47,882 nucleotides of DNA from positions 1 to 47,882 of the forward strand of contig JAYOYH010000036.1 of the NCBI GenBank assembly GCA_038153405.1, read 5' to 3'. Shown here piece after piece: positions 30,362-39,331 of this stretch. The stretch is from Gemmatimonadota bacterium. GTDB lineage: Bacteria; Latescibacterota; UBA2968; UBA8231. The translations under genes were made by a program, and so were the position numbers. Positions within the stretch are counted from its first letter, which is position 1. Each line of letters opens with the position of its first letter. The notes under the pieces are model-generated. The model ran no database searches and was not told where the DNA came from. It saw only the letters and a program-made list of their open reading frames with translations.

Positions 30362-31093
30362 ATGGCATACAGCGTAAACTGGCGCGATGTGCAGCCGAAG
30401 ATCGCACACCTGAGCGCCGTGCACTGGGGCGGATTGCGCGATAAGGAGCGCAACGACGATCCCGACGGACGCAATCGCCTGCTGTCGCTGGGCGGCTTTG
30501 CCCGCCATGCGCTGCAGGGGCGCAAGACGTCGGACCACCACAAACACGATGCCACCGAGCAGGTCTACTACATCCTTTCCGGGTGCGGCGAAGTGCTGTT
30601 TGGCGAAGAGCGCCATACCGTGCGCGAGGGCGATGCGATCTACCTGCCGGCTGGAATATACCACCAGATGTTCAACGATATGCACGAAGACTGGCTCGTA
30701 CACCACGTAATTAGTCAGAAGGTCGAGGGCCCCGGCGGTGAATTTGCCATTCGCAACTGGTGCGACGTCGCGCCACAGAGCGACGGCTGCGGCGCCGTGC
30801 GCTGGCGCCAGTTGGGCCGCGTCGGCGAAGAGGGCGTCGGCTATTTGCGCGCCATGCGCGGCATTGAGCGCGAGGCCGTACAGCCCGAAGGGCAGACGGC
30901 GGTCCGCTGCCAAGACTACGAGCAGGTATTCTACGTATTGGAAAACAGCGGGATTTTGGTCGACAGCGACGGCGAGCAAGCTCTCGTCGAAGGGGATATG
31001 GTGCACATTCCGGCCGGACACGAGCACCAGCTTAAAAACGGCGAGGACGCGTGGTTGTCCTACCTCATTATGAGTTCGGGAGGAGATGCATAA
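30362..31093 (+). CDS. Bicupin protein
   Basis: Two cupin repeats: HKHDATEQVYYILSG...PAGIYHQ and YEQVFYVLE...PAGHEHQ. Confidence 0.82.
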   Translation: MAYSVNWRDVQPKIAHLSAVHWGGLRDKERNDDPDGRNRLLSLGGFARHALQGRKTSDHHKHDATEQVYYILSGCGEVLFGEERHTVREGDAIYLPAGIYHQMFNDMHEDWLVHHVISQKVEGPGGEFAIRNWCDVAPQSDGCGAVRWRQLGRVGEEGVGYLRAMRGIEREAVQPEGQTAVRCQDYEQVFYVLENSGILVDSDGEQALVEGDMVHIPAGHEHQLKNGEDAWLSYLIMSSGGDA

Positions 31094-31094
31094 A

Positions 31095-31331
31095 ATGTCG
31101 ACACATGAAGAGTGGCAGCAGGCGCTGCACGGTGAACTCAAGGGCATGCTAGCCGCCATTAAAGGCGGGGCCGGCGATATTGCCGATCGGGTGCGTGCCG
31201 TCGATGCGCTCACTGGGGCGATGAGCGACCAGGCCCATCCGATGCTGCGCCACTATCTGGAGCGCCGCAGCTATGCCAAGGCGCTGGACTTTCTCGAGGG
31301 AAGGGATGAGAGCGTCGCCACCAATTGTTAG
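31095..31331 (+). CDS. Small hypothetical protein
   Basis: GGAGGAG RBS 9 nt before ATG 31095. Helical, with HPMLRHYLERRSYAKALDFL; fits in the operon. Confidence 0.65.
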   Translation: MSTHEEWQQALHGELKGMLAAIKGGAGDIADRVRAVDALTGAMSDQAHPMLRHYLERRSYAKALDFLEGRDESVATNC

Positions 31332-31338
31332 AAACGCC

Positions 31339-31650
31339 ATGCGGCGCGCGTTTTACGACATTGTCGCGCTGGTGCCGCCGGGACGCGTCGTTACCTATGG
31401 CCAGGTCGCCGAGTTGGCCGGCTATCCCGGACGCGCTCGACAGGTAGGCTATGCGCTGGCCGGCCTGCCCGAGGAGCTAGATGTGCCCTGGCATAGGGTA
31501 ATCAATGCGCAGGGCAAGGTCTCGCCGCGCGCCGACGGGGGGTTCCATCGCATGCAGTACGACATGCTCGTCGCCGAGGGCATTGCTCTGTGTGACGAGC
31601 GGATTGATCTGAGGCGCTATCGCTGGCAGCCCGAGGATTGTCGCGGTTGA
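31339..31650 (+). CDS. Alkyltransferase-like protein (ATL/YbaZ, MGMT family)
   Basis: PPGRVVTYGQVA, ARQVG, and PWHRV (Trp replaces the catalytic Cys of PCHRV). Confidence 0.88.
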   Translation: MRRAFYDIVALVPPGRVVTYGQVAELAGYPGRARQVGYALAGLPEELDVPWHRVINAQGKVSPRADGGFHRMQYDMLVAEGIALCDERIDLRRYRWQPEDCRG

Positions 31651-32978
31651 ACGACCTCGATAGGCGCATCGTTCGCCTAGCCGTTCCCAGCGTGTTGGCC
31701 GCGCTTTCGGCACCGCTGATCGGCATCGCCGATACGGCGATGATCGGCCACCTGCCCGAGGTCGCCTTTTTAGGTGCCGTCTCCACCGCTAGCGTGCTCT
31801 TTAGCATCCTCTACTGGAGCACGGGTTTTCTGCGCATGGGCACGACCTCGATGGTATCCCATTTTTATGGCGCAGCCGACGTTCGCTCCTGCACCCATAT
31901 CTTGTATCGCTCGCTGCTCATTGCGCTTGCGCTGGCCGGGGCCATGGTGCTGCTGGGCGAAAAGGCCGCGCCGCTGGGCTTTCGTCTGGCAGGGGGCAGC
32001 GAAGATGTGCAGCTCTGGGGCATGCGATATTTCTCCGTGCGCCTATGGGAAGCGCCGCTGGTGTTGGCCGTGCTCACGCTGAACGGCTTTTTTCTCGGCA
32101 CGGCCAATGCGATGGCGCCGATGGTTATTACTTTTACGGCCAATATCGTCAATGTCGGAGCGGACTATGCGCTGATCTACGGGCACTGGGGCCTACCCGA
32201 AATGGGCGTAGTTGGGGCGGCTTGGGCCTCCGTGTTGGGCAACCTGGCTGCGCTCATCGTGGGCGCTTTCCTCTTTGCGACGCGCTACGTTGATTATTGG
32301 CGCCAGCCGCTGCAGGGCTTATTGAACCGCGCGAAGTTTGCACTTATTTTTCGCACCAATGCCCATCTGTTTGGCCGCACCCTCTGCCTGCAGTTCGCCC
32401 AGTTTTCCATGTTGGCCATCGCCTCCCGTCTGGGGGACGTGCCACTGGCAGCCAATGCTGTGGTGTGGCAGCTGTGGGGGTTGAGTAGTTTTGCCGTCGA
32501 TGGGTTTGCGCACGCAGCAGAGACGCTGGTCGGCAATCTGCTGGGCAAGCGCCGCTTTGCCGAGGCGCGGCAAATGGCCGGTCGCATCATCGCCTGGGGC
32601 ATCGGCGTGGGCGCGCTCTTTGGCGCATGCTTTCTCATTGCGCTGGAGCCGCTAGCTGGCGCCTTTACCGAGCACGCCGAGATCGTGGCAGCCGTAGCGC
32701 AACTGCGCTGGGTCGTGGCCGTTATACAGCCCCTAAATGCCGTGGTCTTCGTGCTCGATGGCATTTTTATCGGCGCCGGCGATATGGGCTATTTATTCGC
32801 TGCGATGGCTGCGGCGTCCTTTGTATTTTTTACGCCGCTGGCTCTGTTTTTCGTCTACTATTTAGGCTGGGAAATGCAGGGGGCATGGCTGGCCTATAAT
32901 GGCTTAATGGTCGGGCGCTTTGCCACGCTGTGGCCGCGCTATTGCGGAGATCATTGGCTCAAGACCTACGTTCGCTAG
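31647..32978 (+). CDS. MATE family efflux transporter (DinF-like)
   Basis: PLIGIADTAMIGHL, FLRMGTT, VDGFAHAAETLVG, FVLDGIFIGAGD. TTG 31647 after GAGGA, overlapping the ATL stop. Confidence 0.9.
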   Translation: MNDLDRRIVRLAVPSVLAALSAPLIGIADTAMIGHLPEVAFLGAVSTASVLFSILYWSTGFLRMGTTSMVSHFYGAADVRSCTHILYRSLLIALALAGAMVLLGEKAAPLGFRLAGGSEDVQLWGMRYFSVRLWEAPLVLAVLTLNGFFLGTANAMAPMVITFTANIVNVGADYALIYGHWGLPEMGVVGAAWASVLGNLAALIVGAFLFATRYVDYWRQPLQGLLNRAKFALIFRTNAHLFGRTLCLQFAQFSMLAIASRLGDVPLAANAVVWQLWGLSSFAVDGFAHAAETLVGNLLGKRRFAEARQMAGRIIAWGIGVGALFGACFLIALEPLAGAFTEHAEIVAAVAQLRWVVAVIQPLNAVVFVLDGIFIGAGDMGYLFAAMAAASFVFFTPLALFFVYYLGWEMQGAWLAYNGLMVGRFATLWPRYCGDHWLKTYVR

Positions 32979-32988
32979 AGGAGGACAT

Positions 32989-33360
32989 ATGCCGTTTGTA
33001 CATCCGGGCGACCTGCCTCGCCTAGAGCTGTTTCCAGGCATCGTCGGTGCGCTGTCAACAGGACAGAACCTGATGCTTTCGTTTTTGGAAATGGAGGAAG
33101 GGGCCGAGGTGGCCGAGCACAGCCACCCCCACGAACAGGCCGGTCTCGTATTGGAGGGTGCGCTGCGCTTCCGCATCGGCGCAGAGGAAAAGGTCGCCGG
33201 GCCGGGCGATGCCTTTATTATTCCGCCCAACGTAGTGCACTGGGGCGTGGTCGAAAAAGGACCTGCTAAGGTCTTAGATATTTTTTCACCCGTGCGCGAA
33301 GACTACGTGGAGCGCTACAACCGGCACGGCAAAACCGATGGCAACACTCTTTGGAAATAG
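32989..33360 (+). CDS. Cupin domain protein (KdgF-like monocupin)
   Basis: EHSHPHEQAG, IPPNVVH, LDIFSPVREDY. GAGGAGG RBS. Confidence 0.85.
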   Translation: MPFVHPGDLPRLELFPGIVGALSTGQNLMLSFLEMEEGAEVAEHSHPHEQAGLVLEGALRFRIGAEEKVAGPGDAFIIPPNVVHWGVVEKGPAKVLDIFSPVREDYVERYNRHGKTDGNTLWK

Positions 33361-33396
33361 GCGAAATAATTCGGTGAGAAAGGGCATTAAAACCAC

Positions 33397-34323
33397 ATGA
33401 GTGAACTGAAGAAAGAGCACTGTGCCAACGTGCTGGTCGTCGCCATTACGCCGCGCGCCGAAGAGGGCACAGTCGATCTAGCTGGAACGGCCAACAACGT
33501 GCGCTACCTAGTCGAAGCCGGCGCGGATTTTCTCATGCCGATGTGTGGGACGGGCCTGGTCTACGACGCTAGTCTGGCAGAGTACGAGGCGGTTGTGGGC
33601 GCCTTTGTCGAGGCTGCAGCGGGGCGCGCTTTGGTCGTGCCCGGTATTGGACCGGGCTATGGCCGCGCCCTCGAAATGGCGGATATCGCCCGGTCGCTGG
33701 GCGCGGCCGGAGCCATGGTCATGCCGGTGGTGGGACCCGCTTCAGCCGCTGGCGTCGAGGAGGGCATGCGGCGCATTGCCCAAAGGGCCGGGCTGCCGAT
33801 CGTGCTCTACCAGCGCCGCTTGGATATTATGCCCGTCGAGCAGGTCGTGCGCCTGTGTGGCATGGACGAAGTGGTCGGACTCAAATACGCCGTCGACGAT
33901 ATTGAAGCGTTTGCGCGCATCAACGACGGCTGCGGCCAGCAGGCGGCCATGGTCTGCGGTATGGCGGAAGATCCCGCCATCGATTATTTGGCGGCCGGTG
34001 CCGTTGGGTTTAGTTCGGGTATGGCCAATTTTGCCCCGCGCACTAGTTTGGCCATGCTGCAGCGCTTTGCCCGCGGCGATCGCAGCGGAGCCGAGGCGCT
34101 GCGCGAAGTGATGGTGCCGTTTGAGGATCTGCGCGGCGAACGCGCTGCCCGCTACAGTGGGTCTGCTCTGCACGCGGCCATGCAGTGCGCCGGTTTGGCC
34201 GGCGGTCCCGTAGTGCCTTTTGCCGAAGAGGTGGCCAGGGGCGATATGCCGCGCGTACAGGCGCTGGTCGAACGCGTCATGGCAGTGGAGAAATCACTGA
34301 TTGAAAACGGAGATGTGCAATGA
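33397..34323 (+). CDS. Dihydrodipicolinate synthase family lyase (KdgD-like)
   Basis: AITP, CGTG, VLYQR, VGLKYA (Schiff-base Lys), GFSSGMANFAP. Confidence 0.82.
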   Translation: MSELKKEHCANVLVVAITPRAEEGTVDLAGTANNVRYLVEAGADFLMPMCGTGLVYDASLAEYEAVVGAFVEAAAGRALVVPGIGPGYGRALEMADIARSLGAAGAMVMPVVGPASAAGVEEGMRRIAQRAGLPIVLYQRRLDIMPVEQVVRLCGMDEVVGLKYAVDDIEAFARINDGCGQQAAMVCGMAEDPAIDYLAAGAVGFSSGMANFAPRTSLAMLQRFARGDRSGAEALREVMVPFEDLRGERAARYSGSALHAAMQCAGLAGGPVVPFAEEVARGDMPRVQALVERVMAVEKSLIENGDVQ

Positions 34324-35426
34324 GCGAGAACGTGTTGCGCGTAGGGCTTGTCGGAGTGGGCGGCGTATGCGGTGCGGTGCACTACCCGGGTTTTAGCCGC
34401 ATTCCCGGCGTAGAAATTGCCGGTCTATGCGAGCCGAGCGATGCGCTGCGCCAAGCGCGTGCTAAGGAGTGGGACATCGCGGCATCTTTTGCCGAGATCG
34501 GCGAGTTTTTAGCCGAAGTTCAGCCCGATGCCGTGGCCATTGCAACGCCCAATGTCTATCACCGCGAACTCATTTTGCAGGCGCTGGAAGCGGGGTGTCA
34601 CGTGATGTGCGAAAAGCCGCTGGGCATGGACTACGCAGAAACGCGCCTAATCTATGAGGCCGCAAAGCGCTCGGGCCTCAGGCATATGACGGCGTTTACC
34701 TATCGCTTTGTGCCGGCGCTCAACTACATTCGCCACCTGGTCCACAGCGGCGAGTTGGGGACGATTCGCCACGCGCGCTTCCAACGCCTACAGGACTGGG
34801 GCGAACGCGCAATCGGCTGGCGCCAGTACAAGGACCAGGCCGGTTCGGGCGAATTGGGCGATATGGGCATACACCGCATCGATTTTGCCGAAGATCTCCT
34901 CGGTCCCATTGTGTCGCTGTGCGCGTCGTCTAGGCAACTTGTGGCGCGCGATCAGACAACAGATGGAGCGGCATGTCGTCCACAAGACGTCGAGGACTGG
35001 GTCGCGTGGATCGTCGACTTTGCCGGCGGGACGACGGGTGTTTTTGAGATGGGTAAGCTGTCAAAGGGCTTTGGCCCCGGCGGCGATCACGACCAGGCCG
35101 AACTCAACGGCACCGAAGGCTCGGTCGTCTACCGCCTGCACGCCCCGCACGAAATTCTCTTCGGTCGGCGCGGCGAACCGTATGAGGTGCGTCCCGTTCC
35201 CGAAGCATTTCTCAAGCGACATCGTTCGCCGCGCGATCCGCACGAGGGCGATCCCGTGCGCACCTTTCGCTACGATCAGGCGTGGGAATTCGTATCGGCC
35301 ATACGCGAAGGGCGCGACTGCCAGCCTTCGTTTTTCCACGGTATGCGCGCGCAGGCCGTGGCCGATGCCGTCTTACAAGCGGCCGCCGAGCGCCGCTGGG
35401 TTGATGTGGCGGAGGTGAGTCCGTGA
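34320..35426 (+). CDS. Gfo/Idh/MocA family oxidoreductase
   Basis: GLVGVG, IATPN, HVMCEKP, GELGDMGIHRID. Confidence 0.9.
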   Translation: MSENVLRVGLVGVGGVCGAVHYPGFSRIPGVEIAGLCEPSDALRQARAKEWDIAASFAEIGEFLAEVQPDAVAIATPNVYHRELILQALEAGCHVMCEKPLGMDYAETRLIYEAAKRSGLRHMTAFTYRFVPALNYIRHLVHSGELGTIRHARFQRLQDWGERAIGWRQYKDQAGSGELGDMGIHRIDFAEDLLGPIVSLCASSRQLVARDQTTDGAACRPQDVEDWVAWIVDFAGGTTGVFEMGKLSKGFGPGGDHDQAELNGTEGSVVYRLHAPHEILFGRRGEPYEVRPVPEAFLKRHRSPRDPHEGDPVRTFRYDQAWEFVSAIREGRDCQPSFFHGMRAQAVADAVLQAAAERRWVDVAEVSP

Positions 35427-36214
35427 GCTCTGCCGCGCAGTATGAGCGTGACGGTTATTGTATCCACGCAGAGCCCGTGCTGCCGCGCGAGGTGGTCGAG
35501 CAGGCGCGCGCGGGTATGGATTCCGTGCGGCGTGGGGCCTACGACACGGGCGAGGGCCCGCAGCCGTCGCCCTGGAATCCGGGCGATGACGAGGCCGTCC
35601 TCTGTAAAATCGAGATGCCGCAGTTGGCCAGCCGGGCGATCCACGCATTGGTCAGTCATCCGGCGCTGGGCAAGTGGGCCGCCGAGGTGACCGGAGCGCA
35701 GTGGGTGCAGGTTTGGTGGGTGCAGCTGCTCTACAAGCCGCCGAGTGCTGCCGATGCGCCCAAGGTCAGTGTCGGCTGGCACCAGGATCGCCACTACTGG
35801 GGGGCCTGGGAGAACGACAGCGAGCTCTTCACGGCATGGGTCGCCCTAAGCGACGTCAACTCCGACAGTGGTCCCATGCGCTTTGTGCGGGGTTCGCACC
35901 GCTGGGGGTTGCTGCCCGGGGGCGATTTCTTTGGGCAGGATCTGAACGCGCAGCAGCGAGCCATCGCCCTGCCCAAGGAGGCTTGCTGGGAAGAGCAAGA
36001 CGCCCTGATGGCGGCCGGAGGCGCCAGCGTGCACGATTCGCTGACCTTGCACGCCAGCGGAGCCAATTCCTCTGGTCAGCCGCGCTGCAGTCTAGCCGTT
36101 CACCTGCGCAGCGACCGCTCGAATCCCCGCGAGGGGCGGCGCGAGGGATTGACCCGTTTTATTGATGACCCGCAGCGCTGTCCGATCATCTACAATGCCT
36201 CGGCTGGGCAATAG
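35423..36214 (+). CDS. Phytanoyl-CoA dioxygenase (PhyH) family 2OG-Fe(II) oxygenase
   Basis: YERDGY, WHQD (HxD), TAWVAL, GSHRW, LHASGAN...R. Confidence 0.88.
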   Translation: MSSAAQYERDGYCIHAEPVLPREVVEQARAGMDSVRRGAYDTGEGPQPSPWNPGDDEAVLCKIEMPQLASRAIHALVSHPALGKWAAEVTGAQWVQVWWVQLLYKPPSAADAPKVSVGWHQDRHYWGAWENDSELFTAWVALSDVNSDSGPMRFVRGSHRWGLLPGGDFFGQDLNAQQRAIALPKEACWEEQDALMAAGGASVHDSLTLHASGANSSGQPRCSLAVHLRSDRSNPREGRREGLTRFIDDPQRCPIIYNASAGQ

Positions 36215-36223
36215 ATCGACGGG

Positions 36224-36347
36224 TCTCATATATGATATTCACATCTCATTTTTGAGAAAATAAGCTAATTACATGGTGTGATTGAGGTTGTATTTGTCGG
36301 ATTTTTTCTGGAAAGTGATCCACAGCTAAATCGTCTCTTTTTTGAGA
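36224..36347. promoter_or_regulatory. Three palindromic TCTCA-N4-TGAGA sites (probable sigma54 enhancer/UAS)
   Basis: TCTCATATATGATA 36224-36237, TCTCATTTTTGAGA 36244-36257 (perfect), TCTCTTTTTTGAGA 36334-36347. They lie about 100-220 bp upstream of a -24/-12 promoter. Confidence 0.7.
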
Positions 36348-36354
36348 CTAACGC

Positions 36355-36393
36355 AGCGGGCCGGTTTTTATATAAACGGGCCCGCTTTATTTT
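36355..36393 (+). terminator. Rho-independent terminator of the upstream operon
   Basis: AGCGGGCCGGTTT / AAACGGGCCCGCT 13-bp stem (one mismatch) followed by TTATTTT. Confidence 0.7.
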
Positions 36394-36405
36394 ATCTAAT
36401 TGTTA
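36393..36405 (+). promoter_or_regulatory. Putative IHF site
   Basis: TATCTAATTGTTA versus WATCAANNNNTTR (one mismatch), located between the UAS and the sigma54 promoter. Confidence 0.5.
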
Positions 36406-36444
36406 ATAATGAATTTATGGCAATCTATGTAAAATGTATTAAGC

Positions 36445-36459
36445 TGGCATAGCCTTTGC
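36445..36459 (+). promoter_or_regulatory. Sigma54 (-24/-12) promoter
   Basis: TGGCATAGCCTTTGC matches TGGCAC-N5-TTGC, with GG-N10-GC spacing. Confidence 0.78.
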
Positions 36460-36493
36460 GATTGGCTTGGCATAAGGCAAAGGAGCCACCGTA

Positions 36494-36616
36494 ATGAATA
36501 CGATTAAAGACGCGCTTGAAGGACGCCCGGACCGACGCGAATGGGCACTTGATTGGGCAATTATTGCGGGCATGGTGTGCGCGATGGCGGGATTGGCCTC
36601 CGCTTTAATTTCCTAA
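36494..36616 (+). CDS. Unannotated 40-aa single-TM micropeptide
   Basis: AAGGAG RBS 8 nt before the ATG. MNTIKDALEGRPDRREWALDWAIIAGMVCAMAGLASALIS*. Immediately downstream of the sigma54 promoter. Confidence 0.65.
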   Translation: MNTIKDALEGRPDRREWALDWAIIAGMVCAMAGLASALIS

Positions 36617-36719
36617 CGCGCGGCAAAGCAGAAAGTCAAATCCGGGGTCCAAAGTGCATTGGAGTCTGCGCGGACGTCGGGTAGGAGCGGTGGTCATCCT
36701 GTTTCCCTTTGGCCTTGCG

Positions 36720-37466
36720 CTAGGCGCTGTGATCGGCGAGGAATGCGCGCAGGCAGCGCATCATATAGGGGGCATCGGGTTCGACGCTGAGAATATGTCC
36801 CGACGAGGGCAGGTAGCCGATTTTCTTGTGCTGCGCGCCGATGGCGCCCCACAGCATGGCTGCCGAATCGGGGCGCACGGTGTGCTCGCGGCGGCCCATA
36901 AATAGGCAGGTCGGCTGTCTGATGCGCGGCAGCAGGGGACGGGTCGAACGAATGAGCTGTTCGAGTTGGGCCAGTGCGCCGACGGGCATGGCTGGGTAGG
37001 TAAACAACCCGCGTTCCCTAAAATATTGCATGCTGTTTTCGCCCTTGTCGATGTCGGGCAGCATGTTTTGTAGCAGGGGAGCCAGCCAGAGAAAGCGCGT
37101 CTGCACGCGAAAGGCCGGTGCCAATAGCCCCAGACCGTCTACCTGGTCGGGACAGTCGGCGGCCAAGCGCGCAGCGATGACGCCGCCCATGGATAGGCCG
37201 ACCACAAAGACCTTTTCGCATATCCCTTGCAAGCGGTATACCTCGGCTCGTGCCGAATCGAGCCAGTCGCGCCATCCCGTTTGGCGCAGCGCGTCGAGAT
37301 GGCTTCCATGGCCGGCCAGCCGCACGCCGAGTGCGGTATAGCCGTGGCGGTATAAGTCGTCGGCGCAGGGGCGCAGTTCCGTTGGTGATGCAGTAAAGCC
37401 GTGGATGAGCAAAACACCTATAGGGCCTGCCTCGAGGAGGTAAGGTTCAGTCGACGGCGTTGGCAT
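36720..37466 (-). CDS. Alpha/beta hydrolase, carboxylesterase/monoacylglycerol lipase-like
   Basis: LLIHGFTASP, LAGHG, GLSMGG nucleophile elbow, SGH catalytic His. Confidence 0.88.
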   Translation of the reverse strand: MPTPSTEPYLLEAGPIGVLLIHGFTASPTELRPCADDLYRHGYTALGVRLAGHGSHLDALRQTGWRDWLDSARAEVYRLQGICEKVFVVGLSMGGVIAARLAADCPDQVDGLGLLAPAFRVQTRFLWLAPLLQNMLPDIDKGENSMQYFRERGLFTYPAMPVGALAQLEQLIRSTRPLLPRIRQPTCLFMGRREHTVRPDSAAMLWGAIGAQHKKIGYLPSSGHILSVEPDAPYMMRCLRAFLADHSA

Positions 37467-38976
37467 GGCGGCGTCGCTCTACTTCTCCATAGACCAAGAG
37501 CAGGGCGCAGAGGGCGATTAGCACGTCTCCGTAGCGCACGTAGGGGGTGTGTTCCGAGTGCAGGGGCACGTCCTCGACAAAGGACGTGGTCTCAAAGAGT
37601 CCGGTCATAAAGCGCACGCGTCCACTGGGTTCAATGACGCCCGAGATCCCCGTATTGGCTGCGCGCACAACGCTGCGTCCAGTCTCTACGGCGCGGGCAA
37701 TGGACATGGCAAAGTGCTGGTGGGGAGCGGACGAATGGCCGAACCAGGCATCGTTGGTCGTGTTGACCAAGAAATCAGCACCCAACTGGGTCAGTTCGCG
37801 GGTGATTTCGGGAAAGATCGATTCGTAGCAGATGAATACCCCCAATGCGGCTTGGAGGCCGGGAATGGCGATGGTGCGGTGCGACTGGCCGTGCGTGAAC
37901 TGGCCGCTCTCTGCCGTAAGGCCTTCCAAATAGCTAAAAAATGTCGGAAAGGGCAGGAATTCGCCAAAGGGGACCAGATGCACTTTGTCGGCGGTGCCGG
38001 CTGTTTCTCCGCGCGTATCGAGCATAAAGGCGCGGTTGTAGGTGGGAGCCGTGCGGTCGCCGAATTGTCCTTCCAGGCTGCCCACTAGCAGGGGAATGCC
38101 CGTCGTCTGGGGCAGGGTGCGTATGCGCTGCTGATAGGCGCTGTAGAGCGGGTCGTTAAAATAAAAGGGGAGCGCTGTCTCCGGAAAAATAATCAGATCG
38201 GGTTTGCGCTCGGCAAGCGAGAGCGCCAGTTCGGCATAGTGTTCGGTGGTCCACTCCAGGCGATTTACCTTCCACTTGCGATCCTGTGCAATATTGCCCT
38301 GTACGACGCCGATGCGCAGGCTCGGTGCAGCGGCGCTGTCTAACGCGCTGAGGCGGTGGGTGCCCCAGGCGATGACGAGAAGAACGAGGATGCTGGGCAG
38401 GAGTATATAGCGACGTAGGTCGCGGTAGTAGATGGCCTGCGCCAGCGCCGCATTAAAGAGAACCAACACAAAGCTCAGCGCGTAGACGCCGCCGACGGAG
38501 GCCAGTTGTACTACGGGTAGGTTGGCGCACTGCGAGTAGCCCAACAGCTGCCAGGGAAAGCCACTGAGCATCCAATTTTGCATCCACTCGAGCAGAGTCC
38601 AGAGGGCGGCGGCATAGAAGGCAAAGAGCGGCGAAGCAAAGGCATGGCGCGCGCAGGCCGCCATAAACAGGGCGGTGTAGCTCGCCATATAGACGATGAG
38701 CAATCCATTGGTCGGTATAGCTACAAACTGGGGTACGTTGCCGTATAGCTGCAGCGTTTCGCTTATCCAGTAGGTGCGGGCGGTGGCTGCTACAAGGCCG
38801 GCCATCCATCCGGCGGCTATGAGCTGAGAGCGGGTCGGCAGGACGAGTCGAGCCCAAAAGAGGGGGACGAGGGCGATCCAGGCCAAGTAAAAGAGATTGG
38901 CACGCGGAATACTCAGCGCGTAGAGCAGGCCGGATAAGCCGCCTAGCGCAATCCAGCGCGCCTTTTGCAGGCTCAT
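37447..38976 (-). CDS. lnt: Apolipoprotein N-acyltransferase
   Basis: GFPWQLLGYSQ, VQGNI, catalytic triad FPE / KVHLVPFGE / ICYE, TNDAWFG, RAANTGIS. Confidence 0.95.
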   Translation of the reverse strand: MSLQKARWIALGGLSGLLYALSIPRANLFYLAWIALVPLFWARLVLPTRSQLIAAGWMAGLVAATARTYWISETLQLYGNVPQFVAIPTNGLLIVYMASYTALFMAACARHAFASPLFAFYAAALWTLLEWMQNWMLSGFPWQLLGYSQCANLPVVQLASVGGVYALSFVLVLFNAALAQAIYYRDLRRYILLPSILVLLVIAWGTHRLSALDSAAAPSLRIGVVQGNIAQDRKWKVNRLEWTTEHYAELALSLAERKPDLIIFPETALPFYFNDPLYSAYQQRIRTLPQTTGIPLLVGSLEGQFGDRTAPTYNRAFMLDTRGETAGTADKVHLVPFGEFLPFPTFFSYLEGLTAESGQFTHGQSHRTIAIPGLQAALGVFICYESIFPEITRELTQLGADFLVNTTNDAWFGHSSAPHQHFAMSIARAVETGRSVVRAANTGISGVIEPSGRVRFMTGLFETTSFVEDVPLHSEHTPYVRYGDVLIALCALLLVYGEVERRRHANAVD

Positions 38977-39302
38977 TCAGCGCCGCTGTGCCAGGACGTC
39001 AGTGCACTGCGCAGCTTTTGCAAAGCGCTGGCCTCTAATTGGACGAGGTCTTCGCGCGAAATGCCCATACGCGAGGCGGCTTGTCCGGGTGATTTCTTGT
39101 GTTGGTAGCGCGATTCAATAACGCGAAATTCATCCGCGCTCAAGCTGTTCATAGCGTGGTGAACGAGCTGGCGCAGCTCCTGCCCCTCGAGCCGTTCCTG
39201 CGCATCTTCGGGAAGGAATAGCGTAATAAAGCGCTCGTCGAGGGCGACGCGTTCGGGAGGTGTCGTGGGGATATTTTCCGTGATCTTTTTGTATACAGGC
39301 AT
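38973..39302 (-). CDS. Sigma-70 region 4 (HTH)-only protein
   Basis: AMNSLSADEFRVIESRY...SPGQAASRMGISREDLVQLEASALQKLR resembles sigma region 4. No region 2. Stop overlaps the lnt start. Confidence 0.7.
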   Translation of the reverse strand: MPVYKKITENIPTTPPERVALDERFITLFLPEDAQERLEGQELRQLVHHAMNSLSADEFRVIESRYQHKKSPGQAASRMGISREDLVQLEASALQKLRSALTSWHSGAE

Positions 39303-39331
39303 GGCAAACCCTCCGGCGTACTGTCGGCGTA

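Noticed and set aside
36620..36690. GGCAAA..GAAA..CAAA resemblance to the c-di-GMP-I riboswitch
   Set aside because: There is no paired stem around GAAA and the GACGCAAA junction is absent.
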